Positions 29,699 through 38,597 of a stretch of DNA of 64,000 nucleotides are shown here, in pieces. Made by a program: the position numbers and the translations under genes. How positions within the stretch are numbered: position 1 is the stretch's first letter; each line of letters begins with the position of its first letter. Under the pieces are notes generated by a model, which was not told the DNA's origin, made no database searches, and was given only the letters and a program-made list of their open reading frames with translations. The DNA is from an uncultured Clostridia bacterium (GTDB lineage Bacteria; Bacillota; Clostridia; TANB77; CAG-508): NCBI GenBank assembly GCA_944388045.1, contig CALXHG010000005.1:5590-69589 (forward strand), given 5' to 3'.

Positions 29699-30034
29699 GC
29701 TGGGGTCGGTCCCTTTTTCTATTGGGGTCGGTCCTAAAATCAACCCAAATATATAAATTGTTTTTTATACCTTGTGTGTCGCAACCTACAAAAGAATTTC
29801 AATAAGTAGGTTGCTCCAAATCGCATTCGCTACGCTCATTTGGTCGCTTACGCGGTATTACAAAACAATTTATATATTTGGTTTGATTTTAGGACCGACC
29901 CCAATAGAAAAAGGGACCGACCCCAGCAAAGAAAGGGACCGACCCCAGCAAAAAAAGGGACCGACCCCAGCAAAGAAAGGGACCGACCCCAATAGAAAAA
30001 GGGACCGACCCCAGCAGAAAAGAGGACCGACCCC
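29699..30034. repeat. Composite element C: 73/74-bp inverted arms around an 82-bp core, extended by a 7-unit 22-bp-periodic GGGACCGACCCC array
   Basis: Forward cores at 29702 and 29724. Reverse cores at 29891, 29913, 29935, 29957, 29979, 30001 and 30023, an exact 22-bp period. Arms 29699-29771 and 29854-29927 are near-perfect complements. Confidence 0.95.
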
Positions 30035-30058
30035 AACTAAAAGAAAGAGGATTATATA

Positions 30059-30538
30059 ATGGAAAAAAAGAAAAGAGTTTTATTTATTTCAAGTACAGGT
30101 GGACATTTTAATGAATTACAACAATTAAAGCCATTATTTGAAAAGTATGATTATCATATAATAACAGAAAAAGATGGAACAACAAAAAAATTGAAAGAAA
30201 AGTATGGTAATAAAATAATGTTTTTGCCATATGGAACAAGGCAGAAATTGTTTAGATATATTTTTATTTATACATTTTTATGTTTTAAAACAATTTATCT
30301 TTATTTTAAATTAAGACCTCAATATATAGTTACGACAGGAACACATACAGCAGGACCAATGTGTTATTTAGGCAAATTATTTGGAAGTAAAATAATTTAT
30401 ATAGAAACATTTGCAAACAGAAATAGAAAAACTGCTACTGGAAGATTAATTTATCCTATTGCAGATTTGTTTATTGTCCAATGGGAAGAATTACTTAAAT
30501 TATATCCAAAAGCTGTGTATGGAGGTGCAATATATTAA
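30059..30538 (+). CDS. Alg14-like / PssD-Cps14F-type glycosyltransferase membrane subunit
   Basis: VLFISSTGGHFNEL N-terminus, about 159 aa, paired with an Alg13-like gene. Confidence 0.75.
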   Translation: MEKKKRVLFISSTGGHFNELQQLKPLFEKYDYHIITEKDGTTKKLKEKYGNKIMFLPYGTRQKLFRYIFIYTFLCFKTIYLYFKLRPQYIVTTGTHTAGPMCYLGKLFGSKIIYIETFANRNRKTATGRLIYPIADLFIVQWEELLKLYPKAVYGGAIY

Positions 30539-30630
30539 TTTTATAGGACTAAATAATAAAAGTATTTGCATGCATAATATTCAAGATATTTAGATTAAAA
30601 AACATCCAAAATATAAGGAGGAGTAATATA

Positions 30631-31110
30631 TTGATATTAGTTACTTTAGGAACACAAAATAATAGTTTTCATAGATTATTAGAAGAAGTTCAAAAAAATA
30701 TTGATAATGGAAATATAAAAGAAGAAGTTATAGTACAAAATGGGTATACAAAATTTGACTCAAAACAAATGAAACTTATAAAAGAAATTCCACAAGATGA
30801 ATTTAACAAATTAATAGACCAAGCAAATTTAGTAATAACACATGGAGGAGTAGGTTCAATTATAACAGCTATAACTAAAGGAAAAAAAGTAATTGCAATT
30901 CCTAGATTAAAAAAATATAATGAACATGTAAATGACCATCAAATTGAAATAATTGATGCATTTAATGAAAAAGGTTATATTATAGGAATACATAGTGTTG
31001 AAGAATTAGGAAAGGCACTTGAAGAAGCGGAAAATTTTAAGCCACAAAAATATGTTAAAAATACTGGAAACATTTTAAAATTAGTGGAAGATTTTATTGA
31101 TAATAATTAA
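30631..31110 (+). CDS. Alg13-like / PssE-Cps14G-type glycosyltransferase catalytic subunit (GT28 C-terminal domain)
   Basis: ILVTLGTQ, ITHGGVGSI and HQIE motifs. AAGGAGGAG RBS, TTG start. Confidence 0.75.
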   Translation: MILVTLGTQNNSFHRLLEEVQKNIDNGNIKEEVIVQNGYTKFDSKQMKLIKEIPQDEFNKLIDQANLVITHGGVGSIITAITKGKKVIAIPRLKKYNEHVNDHQIEIIDAFNEKGYIIGIHSVEELGKALEEAENFKPQKYVKNTGNILKLVEDFIDNN

Positions 31111-31274
31111 ATATTTGCATCATTATATTAGAATAGAATCTTTTAGTTATTTATATGTTGGTATAGAATAATTAATATAAAGAATTTAGATAAAAAAAGT
31201 TACAAAAAATTTACAAAACAGAAAAAAAGTAAGAAAAAAGGGCAAAATTTCACAAAAATTTTGTCTTTTTACTA

Positions 31275-31303
31275 TTGCAAAAAAATAATATTATTGGTAT
31301 GAT
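31275..31303 (+). promoter_or_regulatory. Promoter TTGCAA-N17-TATGAT upstream of ftsE
   Basis: Hexamers at 31275-31280 and 31298-31303. Confidence 0.5.
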
Positions 31304-31387
31304 AAAAAAGAATGAAACCATAAAAATATGACAAAAAAATTGAAAAATAAAACTGATACAAAATTGTCAAAAGAAAAAAGAAAAAAA

Positions 31388-31437
31388 TAGAACCGGTACT
31401 TTTTTTACAATAAAAAGGGAAAAAATAGAACCGGTAC
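31388..31437 (+). repeat. Pair of TAGAACCGGTAC motifs in the ftsE leader (site E)
   Basis: Copies at 31388-31399 and 31426-31437, each preceded by an A-run. The same arrangement occurs at 42476-42524. Confidence 0.85.
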
Positions 31438-31463
31438 AAAATTGCCTTAAAGGGGAAATGAAA

Positions 31464-32150
31464 ATGATAGAATTTAGAAATGTTAGCAAAAAATATGGAA
31501 CAGGAACAGAAGCTGTTAAAAATGCTAATTTTAAAATAGATAAAGGAGAATTTGCCTTTCTTGTAGGAAGTTCAGGAAGTGGAAAATCTACATTAATAAA
31601 ATTAATATTAAAAGAAGAAGAACCAACAAGTGGAAATATAATAATAAACGGAAAAGATACAACATTTTTAAAACAAAATAGGGTACCATATTTAAGAAGA
31701 AGTATGGGAGTTGTTTTTCAGGACTTTAGATTATTACCAGATAAAACTGTTTACGAAAATGTTGCATTTGCTATGTATATAGTAAAAGCAACACCAAGAC
31801 ATATACGTAGACAAGTACCAATGGTATTATCACTTGTAGGATTAAGTAAAAAAGCAAAAATGTATCCAAATGAATTATCTGGAGGGGAGCAACAAAGAGT
31901 AGCACTTGCAAGAGCATTAGTAAATAATCCATCAATGATAATAGCAGATGAGCCTACAGGAAATTTGGACCCAGACACAGCATGGGATATTATGAATTTA
32001 TTAAATGAAATAAATTTAAGAGGAACAACAGTAGTAGTAGCAACACACGCAAAAGACATTGTAGACCAAATGAAAAAAAGAGTTATACACATCAATAAAG
32101 GTGTAATAGTTAAAGATGATAAAAAAGGTGGGTATGATTGTGAGATTTAA
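31464..32150 (+). CDS. ftsE: Cell-division ABC transporter ATP-binding protein FtsE
   Basis: Walker A GSSGSGKST, signature LSGGEQQR, Walker B IIADEP. RBS spacing favours ATG 31464. Confidence 0.9.
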   Translation: MIEFRNVSKKYGTGTEAVKNANFKIDKGEFAFLVGSSGSGKSTLIKLILKEEEPTSGNIIINGKDTTFLKQNRVPYLRRSMGVVFQDFRLLPDKTVYENVAFAMYIVKATPRHIRRQVPMVLSLVGLSKKAKMYPNELSGGEQQRVALARALVNNPSMIIADEPTGNLDPDTAWDIMNLLNEINLRGTTVVVATHAKDIVDQMKKRVIHINKGVIVKDDKKGGYDCEI

Positions 32151-33033
32151 TGTTATAAGCTATTTATTAAAAGAAGGAATACAAAATTTATTTAAAAACA
32201 AAAAATCAACAATATCATGTTTAATGATAATGATAGCAACAATGCTGATTTTTGGTTTGTTTTTTGTAATAGGAGAAAATATAAATGCATTTGTAAAAAG
32301 TGTTGCAGATGCACAAGGAATAAGAGTATTTGTGTCAAATACGGCAACAGATGAAGAAATTGAACAAGTTGGAAAAGACATTCTAGAAATTGATGGAGTA
32401 AGAGATGCAAAATATATTTCAAAAGAAGAAGGTCTTGAAACTATGAGAGAAAAGTTTGGAGACGAGCTAATGGCAGGATATATAGAAAGAAATATATTTC
32501 CAGCATCATATGAAGTAACATTAACAGATTTAGAATTAAATAATTCTGTTCAAGAAAGTTTAAGACAAATACCAAATGTAGAAGATTTGCGTTCAAGTAA
32601 CCCAACAATAGAACAAATTATAAGACTAGCAAAAGGTATAAAAATTGTTACATGGGTAATTTTAGTATTATTAATAGTTATTTCAACAGCAATAATAGCA
32701 AATACAATAAAATTAACAGTACATGCAAGAAGAAAAGAAATATCTATTATGAAATATGTTGGAGCAACAAATAGTTTTATTAGATGGCCATTTTTAGTAG
32801 AAGGTGTAATAATAGGTGTTCTTGCAGGATTAATTTCTGTGGGAATTATAGGATTATCATATACATATATTGCAGGAAAATTATCAGGAACAACTTTCTT
32901 AGAGCTAGCAAATTGGCAATTAATAGATTTCTCAAATATGTTTGAATTAATTTTAGTTGTATATTTAAGTTTAGGAGTTGGAATAGGAGCAATAGGAAGT
33001 GGAATATCAATGAAAAAATACTTAGATGTATAA
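32134..33033 (+). CDS. ftsX: Cell-division permease-like protein FtsX
   Basis: Four TM segments with a large first extracellular loop, and KYVGAT. Start is either ATG 32134 or GTG 32140. Overlaps ftsE. Confidence 0.85.
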   Translation: MIVRFNVISYLLKEGIQNLFKNKKSTISCLMIMIATMLIFGLFFVIGENINAFVKSVADAQGIRVFVSNTATDEEIEQVGKDILEIDGVRDAKYISKEEGLETMREKFGDELMAGYIERNIFPASYEVTLTDLELNNSVQESLRQIPNVEDLRSSNPTIEQIIRLAKGIKIVTWVILVLLIVISTAIIANTIKLTVHARRKEISIMKYVGATNSFIRWPFLVEGVIIGVLAGLISVGIIGLSYTYIAGKLSGTTFLELANWQLIDFSNMFELILVVYLSLGVGIGAIGSGISMKKYLDV

Positions 33034-33164
33034 AATAAGTTTTTGTCAAAAGATAGTAGAATAACAGTATTATGAAATAACAAAGCAGTAGTAAGAAGAG
33101 GTGGATACAAAAGTAAAATATTAATGAAAATGATTTTGATGTATAACAGAAAGGAAGTGGAAAT

Positions 33165-34403
33165 ATGCACAAACGTGTTTTGGCAATATTTTTAATATTA
33201 ATAATAACAATTCCAGGTATTTGTGCATATTCTACAAGTATAGATGAATTACAAGAACAATCAAATGAAATCACAAAAAATTTAACAGAAACAAATAATA
33301 GATTACAAGCAGTGCAAGAACAAGTGTCAGAAAATATGGCAGAATTGCAAAAATTAAACACAGAGTTAGCACAATATGAAGATGAAACAAACAAAATAAA
33401 AGAAGATATAGACAAAATAAACCAAGAAATTACAGAAAATGAACAAAAATTAGAAAAAATTCAAGCTGAATATGACAGTTTACAAAATTTAATTGATAGC
33501 AGACTTATAGAAATGTATAAATCAACAGATTTACAATTCCTAGATATTTTACTTACAGCAACTAATGTTAATGATTTTTTAACAACATATTATGCATTAG
33601 TAGATTTAAATAAATATGATACAGAACTTCTAGAAAATGCTAAAAAACAAAAGATAGAAATAGAAACTACAAAAAAAATACTAGAAGAAAAAAGGAAACA
33701 GTCCATTGAAAACAAACAAACATATCAAAAAAAATCACAAGTACTTCAAAACATGAGAAAAAAACAAGAATTTTACTTGTCAAAATTAACTGCAGAAGAA
33801 CAGCAATTACAAGCACAAATAGATGAATATAATACACAAGTTGCAGAAATAGAGGCAGAAATAAGGTTTTTAGCTTCAGAAAGTATAAGTGAAAGTTATA
33901 TTGGAGGAGCATTTACATGGCCAGTACCAGGACACACATCATTAACCTCATTATATGGAATGAGAGTTCATCCAATAACAGGAGCATACAAATTACATAC
34001 AGGAGTAGATATTAGTGCAGGAATAGGAACACCATTTGTAGCGGCTGCAAAAGGGGTAGTTTCTAAAGCTACATTTAATAGAGCATATGGAAACATGGTA
34101 ATAATAGATCATGGAGGAGGAGTACAAACACTATATGCACATGGAAGTGAAATTCTAGTACAAGTAGGAGATGAAGTAAATGCTGGAGATGAAGTACTAA
34201 AAGTAGGTTCAACAGGATATTCAACAGGACCACATGCACATTTCGAAATAAGAATTAATGGACAAACAGTTGATCCATTAGATTATTTAATTTATAAGAA
34301 GGGAATTGAAGAAAATGAAGAAACTGAAGAAAATGGTAAAACACCAAACAGTAATGAACCAAATAGTGAAGAAACCAATCAAAATGAACAAAATAATAAT
34401 TAA
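33165..34403 (+). CDS. Coiled-coil M23 peptidase / murein hydrolase activator (EnvC-like), copy 1
   Basis: Signal peptide, long coiled coil, HTGVDI...HGG...GPHAHFE M23 motifs, acidic N/E-rich tail. Confidence 0.85.
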   Translation: MHKRVLAIFLILIITIPGICAYSTSIDELQEQSNEITKNLTETNNRLQAVQEQVSENMAELQKLNTELAQYEDETNKIKEDIDKINQEITENEQKLEKIQAEYDSLQNLIDSRLIEMYKSTDLQFLDILLTATNVNDFLTTYYALVDLNKYDTELLENAKKQKIEIETTKKILEEKRKQSIENKQTYQKKSQVLQNMRKKQEFYLSKLTAEEQQLQAQIDEYNTQVAEIEAEIRFLASESISESYIGGAFTWPVPGHTSLTSLYGMRVHPITGAYKLHTGVDISAGIGTPFVAAAKGVVSKATFNRAYGNMVIIDHGGGVQTLYAHGSEILVQVGDEVNAGDEVLKVGSTGYSTGPHAHFEIRINGQTVDPLDYLIYKKGIEENEETEENGKTPNSNEPNSEETNQNEQNNN

Positions 34404-35559
34404 TTTGTTAACTATCAGTATATCATTAATATTATTAATGCAAAATGTAGTTTATTCAGCTAGCTCAAAAAGTGCCTTACAAGATGAAATGTCAGATACA
34501 CAAGACAAAATAGAACAATTGCAAAAAGAACAAGAAGAAATTAAAGATAATCGTTCAGAAGCAATGAAAAGTGTAGAAGATTTAATTTATCAAATATCAG
34601 ATGTAGAAAAAGAAATAGAAGATTTAGAAACAAAGGTTAATAATTTGCAAGAAAAAATTGACCAAAGCGAAAAAGACATACAACAAAAAACAGAAGAATA
34701 TAATAAACAAGAAGAATTATTAGATGCAAGATTATTAGCTTTATATAAAAGTGGAGATACATCATTTTTAGAAATATTTTTAACATCTTCTAGTATGACA
34801 GAGTTTCTTGCTAATTATTATTTAGCACAAGAACTAGTAGAATATGATAAAGAATTTATGCAATCTGTTATAGAACAAAAAGAACAATTAGAGGCAGATA
34901 AAGCACAATTAGAAGCTGATAAAAAAGAATTAGATACATCATTAACAAGGCGAAAAGCTAAACAAGTATCTTTAACAAGTATGAAAGTACAAAAAGAAAA
35001 ATATGCAGAACAATTAACAGAACAAGAAAAGAAAAATCAAGAAGAAATAGAACAATTTGAAAGAGACAAAGCAGAAATAGAAAGAGAATTAAAAAGAATT
35101 GCAGAAGAAGAAGCAAAGAAAAACTCTGTAAATATTTCTAGTACACCAAGTGCAAGTGGATATATATTCCCGGTACAAGGACTAACAAGAGCAAATATTA
35201 ATAATAAAACATATCCATCATATCCAGGACATACTGGAGTAGATGTTAATATAAATGTTACAGGAAAAAATGTTGTTGCAGTAAAAGATGGAACAGTAGT
35301 TATATCAAAAGCATTAAAAAATCCAAATGGTACATATAGAAGCTACGGAGAATATGTTGTTATAAACCATCATGATGGAACAATGACATTATATGCACAT
35401 ATGTTAGCTGGTTCTAGAAAAGTAAAAGAAGATGACAAAGTAGTTCGAGGTCAAATTATTGGAACAGTTGGCAGTACAGGAAATTCAACAGGAAATCACT
35501 TACATTTTGAGGTAAAAGTTGGAGGTAGGTCAGTAAATCCATTACCATATTTGCCATAA
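34384..35559 (+). CDS. Coiled-coil M23 peptidase / murein hydrolase activator (EnvC-like), copy 2
   Basis: Signal peptide MNKIIINLLTISISLILL starts at ATG 34384. Coiled coil, then HTGVDV...GNHLHFE. Confidence 0.8.
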   Translation: MNKIIINLLTISISLILLMQNVVYSASSKSALQDEMSDTQDKIEQLQKEQEEIKDNRSEAMKSVEDLIYQISDVEKEIEDLETKVNNLQEKIDQSEKDIQQKTEEYNKQEELLDARLLALYKSGDTSFLEIFLTSSSMTEFLANYYLAQELVEYDKEFMQSVIEQKEQLEADKAQLEADKKELDTSLTRRKAKQVSLTSMKVQKEKYAEQLTEQEKKNQEEIEQFERDKAEIERELKRIAEEEAKKNSVNISSTPSASGYIFPVQGLTRANINNKTYPSYPGHTGVDVNINVTGKNVVAVKDGTVVISKALKNPNGTYRSYGEYVVINHHDGTMTLYAHMLAGSRKVKEDDKVVRGQIIGTVGSTGNSTGNHLHFEVKVGGRSVNPLPYLP

Positions 35560-35706
35560 AAATTAATAAAAAGTTAGATATAGTATATTGTAATTTTAAT
35601 ATAATATGATTTTAATTTATAAATATATGTAGTAGAATACATTGCTATATTTAATGTAATAAATTTAAAAGGAGGAATAAGTCCTTAAAGGGCTTAAAAT
35701 AACAAA

Positions 35707-36942
35707 ATGGAAGAAAATAGTTATGTAAAAAGACAAAGATTTTATAAAACAATAATGCTTGTAGTGTTAACAGTATTTATAACATTTATATTTACAACTG
35801 TATTTATAAGCAATCAAATAGAAAAAAATGGTTCAACTAATGATAATTCAATAACATCAATTTTTCAAAATTTAACAGGAAATAGCAATTTACAAAAATC
35901 ATTAGAAACAATAGAAGAATTAGTTAAAGACAAATACTTAAATGAAATTGACGAAAAAAAAGCAATAGAAGGAGCAATTGAAGGATATGTAGACTCATTA
36001 GGAGATCCATATACAGAATACATTCCAGCAGAAGAAATGGAAGATTATACAGAAGCAATTATGGGGAATTATGTTGGGATAGGAATATATATGACAAAAA
36101 ATATAGAAAAAAATCTAATAGAAGTTTTATCTCCAATTAGAGAAAGTCCAGCAGAAGAAGCAGGAATAAAACCAGGAGATTTTATTACAAAGATAAATGG
36201 TGTATCATATACAGGAGATGAGATGACACAAGCTTCTAATGTTATAAAAGGAGAAGAAGGTTCAAAAGTAACATTAGAAATTCTTAGAGGAGATCAAACA
36301 ATAACACTTGAAGTTGAAAGAAGAAATATAAATACAAATCCAGTATATGAATATTTAATAGATGAAAATATTGGATATTTAGGAATATCAAGTTTTGATG
36401 AAGGTGTTGCAGAAGATTTTAAAAATAAGTTTTTAGATTTAAAAGACAAAGGAATAAAATCACTAATAATAGATTTAAGAGATAATGGAGGAGGGATTGT
36501 AGAAGAAGCAACACAAATTGTAGATTATATAGTTCCAAAAGGAAAAGATATATTAATAACTGTAGATAAAGACAAAAATGAAGAAATAACAAAATCTAAA
36601 GAAGATGTTTTAATAGATATGCCAGTTGTTGTTTTAGTAAATGCAAGTTCAGCTAGTGCTTCAGAAATAGTTGCAGGAGCATTAAAAGACTTAGATGAAG
36701 CAACAATTGTAGGAAGTAAAACATATGGAAAAGGTGTTATACAAGAATTTCTTTCATTAAGTAATGGAGGAGGACTAAAAATAACAATAGAAGAATATTA
36801 TACACCAAATAGAACTAAAATTAATGGAGTAGGAATTACACCAGATGTAGAAGTAGAATTAGAAACAAGTGTAACAGGTTTACCAACAGATAAAAATGAT
36901 ACTCAATTAAATAAGGCAATAGAAATATTACATCAACAATAA
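35707..36942 (+). CDS. ctpA: S41 carboxyl-terminal processing protease
   Basis: TM anchor, PDZ domain (GIKPGDFITKING), DLRDNGGG, catalytic SASASE...K. Confidence 0.9.
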   Translation: MEENSYVKRQRFYKTIMLVVLTVFITFIFTTVFISNQIEKNGSTNDNSITSIFQNLTGNSNLQKSLETIEELVKDKYLNEIDEKKAIEGAIEGYVDSLGDPYTEYIPAEEMEDYTEAIMGNYVGIGIYMTKNIEKNLIEVLSPIRESPAEEAGIKPGDFITKINGVSYTGDEMTQASNVIKGEEGSKVTLEILRGDQTITLEVERRNINTNPVYEYLIDENIGYLGISSFDEGVAEDFKNKFLDLKDKGIKSLIIDLRDNGGGIVEEATQIVDYIVPKGKDILITVDKDKNEEITKSKEDVLIDMPVVVLVNASSASASEIVAGALKDLDEATIVGSKTYGKGVIQEFLSLSNGGGLKITIEEYYTPNRTKINGVGITPDVEVELETSVTGLPTDKNDTQLNKAIEILHQQ

Positions 36943-37077
36943 TTACTAGTTCAGCTAAAATTTCATATAAATCCAATGGTATATATTTATATCATGGATT
37001 TATATATTGAAATTATTATAAAAGATTTATGGGTATTCTTTTAAAAACCTAAATTTTTATAAAAAGGAAAAAAACAA

Positions 37078-37725
37078 ATGAATTTAGCAAATAAATTAAC
37101 AATATTTAGAATAATTTTAGTACCAATATTAATGGCAGTACCTATTATAGATGGTATTTATGGAATTTCTGGAGAATTATTAGGAGTACCAACATCATTT
37201 TGGATAATGAATATAATATTTATAATAGCATCTATAACAGATAAATTAGATGGATATATTGCAAGAAGTAAAAATCAAGTAACAACTATTGGAAAATTTT
37301 TAGACCCATTAGCAGATAAAATTTTAGTACTTTCAGCATTAATTATTTTAGTTGAATATGGAAAAATACCATCATGGATACCAATTATTGTTTTAGCTAG
37401 AGAATTTATTGTTTCTGGATATAGATTAATTGCAGTAGAAAAAGGCGGAAAAGTAATTGCAGCATCTATATGGGGAAAAGTAAAAACAGTTACACAAATG
37501 ATTGCTATTATTTTAGCATTTTTAGATAAATTTAAATTTGGTGACTTTGTATATGGAGTATTTACAGAGGCAGAAGCACAACTAAGTTCTTCTTTAATAT
37601 TTATGACAACAGGAGAATTTATAATTAATTTACTTTCTACTTTAATGTTAATAATATCAGTAATAGCTACTATTTTATCAGGTATTAATTATTTAAAAGG
37701 AAGTAAAGAACTTTTTAAAGATTAG
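37078..37725 (+). CDS. pgsA: CDP-diacylglycerol--glycerol-3-phosphate 3-phosphatidyltransferase
   Basis: CDP-alcohol phosphatidyltransferase motif DKLDGYIAR....G..LDPLADK. Confidence 0.85.
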   Translation: MNLANKLTIFRIILVPILMAVPIIDGIYGISGELLGVPTSFWIMNIIFIIASITDKLDGYIARSKNQVTTIGKFLDPLADKILVLSALIILVEYGKIPSWIPIIVLAREFIVSGYRLIAVEKGGKVIAASIWGKVKTVTQMIAIILAFLDKFKFGDFVYGVFTEAEAQLSSSLIFMTTGEFIINLLSTLMLIISVIATILSGINYLKGSKELFKD

Positions 37726-37854
37726 AAAATTAAATTTTATAAAACTTTACTTTATGATAAAGTAAACATGTATAAAGTTTATAAAGACTTTCTTTTCATT
37801 ACATTCAAAAAATAATTCATAAATGACTGAGTAGTAAAATTTTTATAAAATATA

Positions 37855-37883
37855 TTGACAAAAATATAAAATTATTGTAATAT
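37855..37883 (+). promoter_or_regulatory. Promoter TTGACA-N17-TAATAT upstream of a ~215-nt greA leader
   Basis: Hexamers at 37855-37860 and 37878-37883. Confidence 0.5.
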
Positions 37884-38100
37884 ACTACTTAAATTAAACA
37901 AAAAGAAAAAACAAGTGCACTAAATATACTATGTACTTTGGTTGGAAAAGTTACTTTTCCAACCAGATTTGTGCTTGTATAGGAAACAATATGAAACTTT
38001 AGGTTTCTCAACTCAAAGTTAAAATAAAATTTTAAATATAAAAATTTTATTTTCAAAAGAAAAATCAAGTTTTCCTATACAAAGAAAGGAATGATTTAAG

Positions 38101-38577
38101 ATGGGAGAAAAAGAAGTAATCCTTACACAAGAAGGATTTGACAAGTTAGAAAAAGAATTAGAATATTTAAGAACAGAAAAAAGAACAGAAATTGCAGAAA
38201 GAATAAAAGTAGCATTAGGATTTGGAGATTTATCAGAAAATTCTGAATATGATGAAGCAAAAAATGCACAAGCAGAAAACGAAAATAAAATTGCGGAATT
38301 AGAAAATAAAATAAGACATGCCAAAATAATAGATGAATCAGAAATAGATACAAAAACTGTTCAAATAGGTAATACAGTAAAACTATATGATTTAGAATTT
38401 GATGAAGAAGTAGAATATACAATAGTTGGTTCAACAGAAGTAAATATAGCAGAAAATAAGATATCAAATGAATCACCAATAGGCAAAGCATTATTAGGAG
38501 CAAAAAAAGGAACAACAGTTGAAGTAGATGCACCAGCAGGAAAAATTCAATACAAAATAATATCAATTAAAAAATAA
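38101..38577 (+). CDS. greA: Transcription elongation factor GreA
   Basis: [16 protein letters not shown]...[13 protein letters not shown] motifs, 158 aa. Confidence 0.95.
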   Translation: MGEKEVILTQEGFDKLEKELEYLRTEKRTEIAERIKVALGFGDLSENSEYDEAKNAQAENENKIAELENKIRHAKIIDESEIDTKTVQIGNTVKLYDLEFDEEVEYTIVGSTEVNIAENKISNESPIGKALLGAKKGTTVEVDAPAGKIQYKIISIKK

Positions 38578-38597
38578 ATGAAAATCAGTTAAATAAA

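Noticed and set aside
29891-30034. The 22-bp-periodic array as a CRISPR locus.
   Set aside because: The 'spacers' are only 10 nt long and are drawn from 2-3 recurring variants. The 'repeat' is only 12 nt. No cas genes or leader are present in the window.
29772-30059. 95-aa ORF rich in KGTDP / RDRPQQK repeats (and its antisense partner at 29848-30036).
   Set aside because: It is simply the translation of the GGGACCGACCCC array. It starts inside the palindrome core, has no RBS, and its composition is unlike any other protein here. I treat it as non-coding repeat DNA.
34306-34383. Upstream extension (MKKMKKLKKMVKHQ...) of the second M23 gene, as given in the ORF track.
   Set aside because: The extension lies entirely within the 3' end of the first M23 gene in another frame and is K-rich junk. 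A typical signal peptide begins at ATG 34384.
38123-38566. Many antisense or overlapping ORFs in the track. Examples: 38123-38566 (-), 490-717 (-), 1051-1413 (-), 1658-2032 (-), 15120-15575 (-), 22666-23947 (-), 32550-33415 (-), 44944-45528 (-), 48953-49498 (-), 52699-53100 (-).
   Set aside because: Each lies opposite or out of frame within a gene with clear homology-type motifs. Their products are L/F/I/H-rich low-complexity strings, as expected from the reverse complement of AT-rich, purine-rich coding DNA. None has a credible RBS.
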